From Candidatus Blackburnbacteria bacterium (lineage in GTDB: Bacteria > Patescibacteriota > Microgenomatia > UBA8517 > UBA10165), in NCBI GenBank assembly GCA_016183565.1, contig JACPEJ010000001.1, positions 114,257-178,256 on the forward strand: 64,000 nucleotides of DNA, in the 5' to 3' direction. This document shows, piece by piece, positions 53,678 through 61,083 of the stretch. Below the pieces are notes generated by a model. It worked only from the letters and a program-made list of their open reading frames with translations. It made no database searches and was not told the origin of the DNA. Position 1 is the first letter of the stretch; each line of letters begins with the position of its first letter. The position numbers were made by a program, and so were the translations under genes.

Positions 53678-55723
53678 TTAGTAATTGACAGAGTAGATTT
53701 TAGTTGGTCCAGAGGAGAAAACGGGCTCCCCCAGCGCTTTTATATTTTCTTCCCTGAGGTTTGGATATTTTCTTTTTTCTAGAGTTCCTACGACTATAAA
53801 TTTGATGCTGTATTTTTTAACGAGGTTTGAAACTTCTTGAATGTTAGATGAAGTGTAGATTTTTTCGACGTCGCTTGCCCGTTTTCCTGGCTCATCATAT
53901 GAACCTCTCCAAAGCCACTCATGCACCAGCCACCCCTCAACTGTAGGCAAGCCAGTATAAGAGGAGACTACGTTGTTATCTGTGTAGCTGTCCCCCACTG
54001 CCTCAAGGATTGTGGATGGATTTGTAACGTTCATTCGCAGCCATTGAATTGCTTCATATTCTCCCTTGTATTCATTTTTAAGCCAGGTTTCACCTGAAAG
54101 GCCCATGTAATTTTGTAGACCATAGTAAGAGCGGACAGCAAAATAGGGATATATTGATACAAACATAAGCAAGAAAAGCAAGGGTGCCAGAAGAATAAAT
54201 TGTAGCACCCGCAAGTTTCTTTTCGACTTCAATTTTTCGTTCGTCGCGATTCGGGCCACTATATATCCTATTGTTAGTGAAAACATAACAAAAGATTGGT
54301 ATGTAAACTTAAACATAGTATTCGCGCGTTGATATTCATGAATATAGATATCTTTTACATAAATAATTTCTGGAATTATGATCAGGAGCCAGGAAACCAA
54401 GAGAAGAATTAGAACGAAGAAGTCAGTGTCTCTTTGTTTGTTGGTGATTTTGAATTTTTTGGTTTTGTTTAGGAAGAGAAATAGTACGAAGATAATTGTT
54501 GCGACGAGCGGTAGTCCCCAAAGAACTAAAAGCATCCGTAAAGGAGAGTGGAAATCGACAAGAGCTACACCCTTTGAAATGTTTTGGAAAGAAAGATGAA
54601 AAGGTAGGGAGGTAATTAATCCTCCTAATATTACCAGAGTGCTTGTGGCTACTGTTTTTACTATGGTTTTTAAGTGCAGACCATTTTGGGTCCAGTTTAG
54701 GTACAAGATTACTAGCCCGAAGACTAAAAAGTAAATCGGAAAGTCCCAGGCATTAGTCATGTAGAAAATTCCCAGAAGCCATGAAACCATGAGGCAATGA
54801 AGCAATGAAGCCTTTTTTTGCCAAACCATTGTGAACGCGATTGCCAGAAAAAGGAGTACAGAGGGAAGGTTTAAGAGGTGACCGTGAAGGTCAGCGACAA
54901 CAAAGCTGTAGATAGGGAATTCGTGAATTGTGTTGTCTGTTGCTCCGAATAGTTTTACGATAAAGCGTGTAGCGTCTGGGTACCAATAGTTAAGGAAACT
55001 TTTTTTTGTAAGCCACCAGTAGAGAGGGTGAAGATTGCCCCCTAGGTTTAAAAGGAAGCTTGATAACAAACCAACGGCAATTAAAGGTCTGTATTTTTTG
55101 ATTCCTGTTGTGTAAAGGAAATTTGCAGCAAGGGAAAATGTGTTGGTTATTGATAGGGAGAAAATGGTTGCAATCATTAGGTTATAAGTAATGTGAGATG
55201 GTATGCCGGAAAGACGCGTTAAGACTGCTGCGGTTAAGTGTCCAAAGTAGTAATAGTTAATGGATTCTCCTGTAAACCACATGTCTTGTGGAGGAAAGTA
55301 ATCGCTTCTCAAAATTGAGTTGACAAAACCGAAGTCCATAAATTTCTCAAGACCCCGAATGTCTGGTTGAAATCCGCGGATAAAAGACCACGTCCCGAGT
55401 GCAAGAAAAAAAAGAACCTCTTCAAAAAGAATGATTTTCCAGTTTGGTTTTAGTGATTTAGTAAATTTTTGCGAGATGATGAAGTTTAATAGAGTAAAGA
55501 GCCCTGTTGCGAGAAATACAATTTCTGTAGTAAATGGCAAAAGTTTTAGACTACCTAGTAACCAAACGACGTAAGAAATACTTAAGATAGCAATTGTTTT
55601 GGAGAAAGCATAACCTTGGTCGAAGAAGTTTTTAAAGACTAAGGATGTTAGAGGGAAAAATATTGCTCCGAGAGCAAACAGTAGAGCCCACCAGGTAAAA
55701 ATAGTTAGGAAGTCAGTAAACAT
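53678..55723 (-). CDS. Large polytopic membrane protein, DUF2298/YYY-like (probable GT-C glycosyltransferase)
   Basis: 681 aa, more than 12 TM helices, then a soluble C-domain; resembles YYY membrane proteins common in CPR/archaea. Confidence 0.4.
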   Translation of the reverse strand: MFTDFLTIFTWWALLFALGAIFFPLTSLVFKNFFDQGYAFSKTIAILSISYVVWLLGSLKLLPFTTEIVFLATGLFTLLNFIISQKFTKSLKPNWKIILFEEVLFFLALGTWSFIRGFQPDIRGLEKFMDFGFVNSILRSDYFPPQDMWFTGESINYYYFGHLTAAVLTRLSGIPSHITYNLMIATIFSLSITNTFSLAANFLYTTGIKKYRPLIAVGLLSSFLLNLGGNLHPLYWWLTKKSFLNYWYPDATRFIVKLFGATDNTIHEFPIYSFVVADLHGHLLNLPSVLLFLAIAFTMVWQKKASLLHCLMVSWLLGIFYMTNAWDFPIYFLVFGLVILYLNWTQNGLHLKTIVKTVATSTLVILGGLITSLPFHLSFQNISKGVALVDFHSPLRMLLVLWGLPLVATIIFVLFLFLNKTKKFKITNKQRDTDFFVLILLLVSWLLIIIPEIIYVKDIYIHEYQRANTMFKFTYQSFVMFSLTIGYIVARIATNEKLKSKRNLRVLQFILLAPLLFLLMFVSIYPYFAVRSYYGLQNYMGLSGETWLKNEYKGEYEAIQWLRMNVTNPSTILEAVGDSYTDNNVVSSYTGLPTVEGWLVHEWLWRGSYDEPGKRASDVEKIYTSSNIQEVSNLVKKYSIKFIVVGTLEKRKYPNLREENIKALGEPVFSSGPTKIYSVNY

Positions 55724-57359
55724 TATTGCAGCTTGTCTTTGTGTTGTAAATTCTTAAGCCACTAATTTGGTTTTTGTATACCAAGTGGAAGTTTTTTTCA
55801 AACAGAGAGAAGCTGATAGGAAATTCTTCCTTGGAATATCTGGGCTGTGTTTCTATAAAATCAATTTTTTTGTTCCGTAAGAATGTACATACATCATGTT
55901 TATTTGAAGAAACATATACATCTTTTATTTCTTGGAAACGTGTATCTGTATCGTAACCCGCTGACCAGGCGAAGTATGGCCAGCCCAGGAAGATTTTTCT
56001 TCCTACTAGTGAGGCAGGATGGTATATAAAAGATGAATTTAGAAATACGGAATTTCTTGGTGTATTTTTTAGTATCCAGTTTGCATCTGGCTGTTTTGAA
56101 TAGTCTATAACTTCAATGAGTCGATCGTTTTTGATCGCGAAGAAATCGATTATTCCTGATAAGATAAGAGTTAAGGCTACAAGAGGTAGGAGAATATGGA
56201 ACAGCGGCCATCTTTTGAGTAATAGAATTATAGCATTAGCACTAAACATGTTTCCGACTGTAATAAATAGGTTAAAGAATTTGTGATTTGCAGCAATATC
56301 TGGTGTCATCTTAAAAAGATTTGCAAATATAAATAGTGCTCCAAAGGATAGGAAGACCCTTCGGTTTTTTCTAGTGGTTAGCAAAAACCCAATTGGCATT
56401 AAAACCAATCCTAGTCCTAGATTTAGAATCCAAAATTTAGAAAACATTTGAGGGCTAAGTTGCGAGTTTATTAAATAGCCTGGTATTAGTTCCAATGAGG
56501 ACTTAGAACCTTCCCCTCTTATTAAAAAAATTTGAGGAAAGGTAATGCATAATCCAATGAGAACAAGTACACATAACCTAATGAAATCTTTCTTTCCCCA
56601 AAAGAGGCTGTAACTACTTAATACAACCATTGCCATAACAAAGACTGCGCCGTTCCAAAATGGCAATAAACCTAGCCCGATTCCACAAAGCATGGCGTGT
56701 TTCAGCTTAAATTTTTTCGACTCGGTTTTTTTATGAATAAAAAGAAATAAAAAAAGAAAAAACGTTAAAGCGGAGGCAAGGTGTCGCTGGTTGGTAAAGA
56801 CATTGAGGTTCCAGAAACCACCAGTGATTAAAGATGATCTTATGTAAGGAAAGAATGCAGGGAACTCTGTATTTGTAAAAATTTCTTTTGGGGTTAAAAG
56901 CGAAATTGGATGAGTTTTAAAGAACTCAACAAAGGACAATGAGCCATTAAAAAGAAAAAATATAACAGAGAGGATAGCAACGGCCCTGCTTTTAAATAGG
57001 AATTTTGCAAGAAGATAAATTGATAAAATAAGAAGGGTAAAGGAAAGTACACTTGGAACGTTTAGTGCCCAATCTATTCTCAGTCCGATTTTTTCTAATA
57101 GACCGACAAAAAGATAAAACAAAAAATGATAACGTATCGGTTCTCCAGGGAAAATTGGATATTCAGGAGGAAAATTGTTTCCTAGAGAGAAAGAGCGTAT
57201 CAGAGGAATGTGGCTTGCAAAATCACTCCAGGCTTTTGCAGCGATAAGCATTGATCCGTTTTCGTAGGAAAACGTATGCCACATAAGCCAAGTACTAAAG
57301 ATTAGTGCGAAAGTTGTAAGCAGAATCTCTATTGAGTAATTTTTAATAATCTGTTTCAT
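55713..57359 (-). CDS. Large polytopic membrane protein (hypothetical; operonic with neighbours by overlapping start/stop)
   Basis: 548-aa multi-TM ORF overlapping both neighbours by 11-17 nt. Confidence 0.35.
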   Translation of the reverse strand: MKQIIKNYSIEILLTTFALIFSTWLMWHTFSYENGSMLIAAKAWSDFASHIPLIRSFSLGNNFPPEYPIFPGEPIRYHFLFYLFVGLLEKIGLRIDWALNVPSVLSFTLLILSIYLLAKFLFKSRAVAILSVIFFLFNGSLSFVEFFKTHPISLLTPKEIFTNTEFPAFFPYIRSSLITGGFWNLNVFTNQRHLASALTFFLFLFLFIHKKTESKKFKLKHAMLCGIGLGLLPFWNGAVFVMAMVVLSSYSLFWGKKDFIRLCVLVLIGLCITFPQIFLIRGEGSKSSLELIPGYLINSQLSPQMFSKFWILNLGLGLVLMPIGFLLTTRKNRRVFLSFGALFIFANLFKMTPDIAANHKFFNLFITVGNMFSANAIILLLKRWPLFHILLPLVALTLILSGIIDFFAIKNDRLIEVIDYSKQPDANWILKNTPRNSVFLNSSFIYHPASLVGRKIFLGWPYFAWSAGYDTDTRFQEIKDVYVSSNKHDVCTFLRNKKIDFIETQPRYSKEEFPISFSLFEKNFHLVYKNQISGLRIYNTKTSCNNVY

Positions 57360-58626
57360 CTATGGCGAGTTTTGCTACTGTATTACCTAACTCTACAGCG
57401 TAATTTGTTCCTCTGTCCCAGGGATAAACTTGTTGAATGTTGGCAAGATAGAGGTTGGGGATGGGAGTTTTTAACGGAGGAATAATTTTTGAGTAATTTA
57501 GGGGGATGATTGGTTGGGCAAAGGGGGCCTTAAAAAGTTCAAAGTTCAAAGTGAAGAGTTCAAAGTTGCGATTAATTTTTCTAAGATAAGGAGCATAAAC
57601 CTTGAAGAGTTCTTCTTTTGTCATTCTCATATAGGGATGATTGGTGGGAAGATAGTTGCCAACATAGATGATGTGATTCTCGTTGTAGTGCCTTTTGTCC
57701 ATAAAATTGGTATGTTCTACGATAGCCAAGAAAGGAAAACCTTGGTCGTTGATGTTTAACCAGTATGTCCCGTCAGCAAGAAAGGGCTTTTTAAGTATCA
57801 GAACTAAATTAAGTGCACCCAAGCTGGATAGGTTGCTTACTTTCTTAATGTAAGTCCTTGGCAAGCCTTTTGTAATTTTGCAGAATAGTGGGGTAGGAAG
57901 GGTGCAAATTACACGATCCGCTAGATGCCTGCCACCTTGGTTGGTGGTAACGACGAAACTGTTGTTTGTTCGTTTAATTGAAGTGCCTCCGTTTCCAAAA
58001 ATAAATTGTGCACCATACTTCTCTGTGGTGTGCTGTATGTTTTCCGCAAGTTGTTGGAATCCTCCTTCGGGGTAGCCAAGTGAGGTGCTTCTTTTTTTGA
58101 CCCTTGCCCAAAACCACGATGCAGGGATTGATTCTTTATGTTTTCCAAACTTTGCTTTAAATAAAGGTTCCCATAAGATTTTCCAGGTGCTTTGCCCCAT
58201 TGTCTGTTTGAGGAAATTTGCGGCGGTTATTTTTTCGAGAGGTTTCCAGAGTGGTGTGAATTTAAGATAGGCTAGTGTTATTCCAGCTCGGATTTTTTCT
58301 ATAAGCGAAAGGTGTGGAAAAGCAAGAAGCGAGGTCGGTGAGTCAAGCTGGTAGGTGTTTCCATTAACAAAGGTTGAGGTTTTTGGGCGAGTGAATAGAA
58401 TTTTGTGATTAACTTCTTTTGCTAGGTTTTTAATATGCTTGTCAGAAGTAAACAGATGATGGTAATGCTTTTCCAGAGGCCATTTCCACCCCTTGTCTTT
58501 AAATCCAATAGCTAGGCCTCCGGGTTGTTGTTCTTTTTCAAAGACTGACACATTGTGACCAAGTTTTGCAAGCCGTAGACTTGCGGCAAGACCAGTAAAA
58601 CCAGCACCTATTATACAAATACGCAT
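57343..58626 (-). CDS. FAD-dependent oxidoreductase (Rossmann GAGxxG amine-oxidase / UDP-galactopyranose-mutase-like fold)
   Basis: MRICIIGAGFTGLAASLRLAKLGHNVSVFEKEQQPGG dinucleotide-binding motif. Confidence 0.65.
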   Translation of the reverse strand: MRICIIGAGFTGLAASLRLAKLGHNVSVFEKEQQPGGLAIGFKDKGWKWPLEKHYHHLFTSDKHIKNLAKEVNHKILFTRPKTSTFVNGNTYQLDSPTSLLAFPHLSLIEKIRAGITLAYLKFTPLWKPLEKITAANFLKQTMGQSTWKILWEPLFKAKFGKHKESIPASWFWARVKKRSTSLGYPEGGFQQLAENIQHTTEKYGAQFIFGNGGTSIKRTNNSFVVTTNQGGRHLADRVICTLPTPLFCKITKGLPRTYIKKVSNLSSLGALNLVLILKKPFLADGTYWLNINDQGFPFLAIVEHTNFMDKRHYNENHIIYVGNYLPTNHPYMRMTKEELFKVYAPYLRKINRNFELFTLNFELFKAPFAQPIIPLNYSKIIPPLKTPIPNLYLANIQQVYPWDRGTNYAVELGNTVAKLAIDETDY

Positions 58627-58651
58627 ATCTCAAATTGTACATCAGGGAGGC

Positions 58652-59500
58652 TTACAGGGCGAGAGCTATACCGAGGAACAGGACTATTGCGCCTGCTATG
58701 GCAAGCATGATGGTTGGTAGGCTGGTTCCGGAGACAGGTAGAGAGTCACCGGATACTGTTGGGGTTACGGTTGTTGCTTTTTTAGTAGGTGTTGGGGTGG
58801 AGGTTGTTTGAGTGCCACCTGCTGGTTTGGTTGTTGGTGTTGGTGTAGTTTGAGTACCCCCACCACCTGATCCGCCAGTTTGGGTGGGGGTTGGAGTGGG
58901 GCTTGCCCCTACGGCTTGAGTAGGAGTGGGGGTTGTGTCTGGTGAGGTGGTGGGTGTTGGGGTTGGCGTTGGTGCAAGGATGGTGATACTTGTGCCAGTT
59001 TTGTTAACTATAATGTCTGTGCTTGCGCCTTCGCCAATTCCCCTACCTTTAGTTTGGGTGCCGAAGTCTACAATGGTAGTACCTGGGGATTTTCCTTTAA
59101 ATTTTAAAGTTGCCAGGATGCCTTCCCCTTGCGGTGGGTTGGCGGGTTGGGCGCCATAAGTAACAGAAGCTGTACCTGTGGTATTGTCTATTGCCGGTTG
59201 TACGAATATATTTGGCAGGAAGGTGCCTGGTGTAATTTCTTTTAATTCTAATTTCTGGGGGTCGAAGGTTATGTGAAGTTCTGCTCCGGTGGTGGTATTT
59301 GTTACAGTGTTCATGTTAACAGAGAGGTCGATTTCATCCCCAACTTTTATAGTATTTGTAGGAGGCAATATTGAAAGTGTACTTGCAGGAGCTGCCTTTT
59401 TCCTCATTTCTTGTTGTCTTTGAACGAGGAATAGACCAGCGACTAAGCCTAGAGCCAAAATAATGAAAATAACGATTCCTATGATTATTTTCTTGTTCAT
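58652..59500 (-). CDS. Cell-surface protein: signal anchor, cohesin-like domain, Thr/Pro-rich linker, C-terminal LPVSG-type sorting signal and TM
   Basis: Cohesin-like ELHITFDPQKLELKEITPG...GEGILATLKFKG...TTIVDFG. TPTPT linker. C-terminal SLPVSGTSLPTIMLAIAGAIVLFLGIALAL. Confidence 0.5.
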   Translation of the reverse strand: MNKKIIIGIVIFIILALGLVAGLFLVQRQQEMRKKAAPASTLSILPPTNTIKVGDEIDLSVNMNTVTNTTTGAELHITFDPQKLELKEITPGTFLPNIFVQPAIDNTTGTASVTYGAQPANPPQGEGILATLKFKGKSPGTTIVDFGTQTKGRGIGEGASTDIIVNKTGTSITILAPTPTPTPTTSPDTTPTPTQAVGASPTPTPTQTGGSGGGGTQTTPTPTTKPAGGTQTTSTPTPTKKATTVTPTVSGDSLPVSGTSLPTIMLAIAGAIVLFLGIALAL

Positions 59501-59546
59501 ATGTAGTTAAAGAGATTTTTTCTCTTCAAAAAGATCTTTTATATAT

Positions 59547-60116
59547 CTATTGGACTCTTACTATAGAGCTTGCTTCTGTCTGAGCAATATTTCCGGTTTT
59601 ACCCAGAGCGACAACTTTTGTTTCATTGGCTAAAGAGATGTTGGTTGCACCTTCTTTTACTCCAAGGATTTTTAGATGAGCAAGGTTTCCCTTTCCTGGT
59701 TTTGGGGTGAGAGTTCCTATTGTAAAGATGGCTTTACCTTCTTTGTTGTCCACTTGATTAAGAAAGATAGTGGGTTTTTCCAAGAAGTCTCCATATAAAA
59801 TGTCGACTATTTTTACTACTGTTGGATCAAATTTAATTTTTAGTTCCGCGCCAGTGATTTTTTCCTCTGGGGCATCAATGGTTATGGTGACAGTTGTTTC
59901 TTTATTTGCTTTTACAACAAGCTCTTTGGGTAATAGGTAAATACGCGAGGAGTTAACAATTGCTTCCTGCTCTTGTTTTAAGGGAGGCGTTGTATTTGAT
60001 GAAGTTATTTTTTGAGTAGAGTCAATTGTAAAAACTAGTGCAAGCAAAACAGTAACGCACAAAATTGAGATTTTCCACTCTTGTGGGTTGGCAGAGTCCA
60101 TTATCTTAGTATGCAA
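59547..60116 (-). CDS. Secreted cohesin-like domain protein
   Basis: Signal/TM, then ELKIKFDPTVVKIVDILYGDFLEKPTIFLNQVDNKEGKAIFTIGTL...GNLAHLKILG, paralogous to 58652..59500. Confidence 0.45.
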   Translation of the reverse strand: MHTKIMDSANPQEWKISILCVTVLLALVFTIDSTQKITSSNTTPPLKQEQEAIVNSSRIYLLPKELVVKANKETTVTITIDAPEEKITGAELKIKFDPTVVKIVDILYGDFLEKPTIFLNQVDNKEGKAIFTIGTLTPKPGKGNLAHLKILGVKEGATNISLANETKVVALGKTGNIAQTEASSIVRVQ

Positions 60117-60152
60117 GTGTTAGTACAAAAACGCAAGAGGATGTAGGGATTT

Positions 60153-61082
60153 TTATCCACTGTTGATTCTCCTGCCGAAATTTTCCACAAATACATTAAA
60201 GTCATCAAGGTCTACTTTTCCGTCTTTTGTAAAGTCGGCAGGGCTTCCTCCTTCTGGCATCCTGGGCCCGAAGTGCTCAACGAACACAGTAAAGTCATCA
60301 AGGTCAACGATTCCGTCTTCAGTTATGTCACCTGTGAGTTGTGTTGGTGTTGGGGTGGCAGTTACCTGTCCGGTTGGGGTGGGGGTTAGAAGTTCTGTTG
60401 GTGTGGGGGTCAGAGTACTGGTTGGGGTAGGAGTTGTGTCTGGTGAGGTGGTGGGTGTAGGGGTTGGTGTAGAGGTGGGTGCTAGAGTCGGAGTTGGTGT
60501 TGGGGTCGGGGTTGGTTCTACGATTGAGTATGAGACGGAGGTTTTGGTAACAGGGATAAATGTATGACTTGATGGTGAGGTGGCATAGACATTTGTAAAT
60601 TCCAAGGAACCTGTAGCAGGAGTTTGGGAAGCGGAGAAGTTGACATCAGCCAGATGAAGAATGCCCTTACCTGTTATTTGGCCATAAGGGCTTATTCGTA
60701 CGACTCTTGCTGTGTTAGTTTGCCAATCAACTGTTCCAATTAGCTGCAGGTCTAAACTGGGTGCATCAAGGCCTGGGGTTACTTCTGTTGGAACAAAGCT
60801 TGGTGTAAATCTTCCTGAGATATCGAGTCCATTAATTTCCAAATTTTGTGTGTCAAGGTAGAGAGAAAGTGTGATTTTTTGTCCAGGTGAAAGAGACAAT
60901 TGAGTAACTGGGGCGCTCGTGCCTTTGAGTGTGAAATACAAGGAGATTGATTGTGTTTCCTGGGCTTGTTTTCGCAAGTCTTGAGATTTTTTAACCAAAC
61001 TTAGGCTTGCCAAAAGACCAAGAAGAAGCAGGATAAGTAAAAGAAATTTTATTTGGAATATTGCGTGGCGGATATTTGTCAT
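60153..61082 (-). CDS. Secreted cohesin-like domain protein with a TP-rich linker and a C-terminal type I dockerin
   Basis: Two dockerin Ca-binding repeats: DITEDGIVDLDDFTVFVEHFG and DFTKDGKVDLDDFNVFVENFG. Confidence 0.55.
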   Translation of the reverse strand: MTNIRHAIFQIKFLLLILLLLGLLASLSLVKKSQDLRKQAQETQSISLYFTLKGTSAPVTQLSLSPGQKITLSLYLDTQNLEINGLDISGRFTPSFVPTEVTPGLDAPSLDLQLIGTVDWQTNTARVVRISPYGQITGKGILHLADVNFSASQTPATGSLEFTNVYATSPSSHTFIPVTKTSVSYSIVEPTPTPTPTPTLAPTSTPTPTPTTSPDTTPTPTSTLTPTPTELLTPTPTGQVTATPTPTQLTGDITEDGIVDLDDFTVFVEHFGPRMPEGGSPADFTKDGKVDLDDFNVFVENFGRRINSG

Positions 61083-61083
61083 G

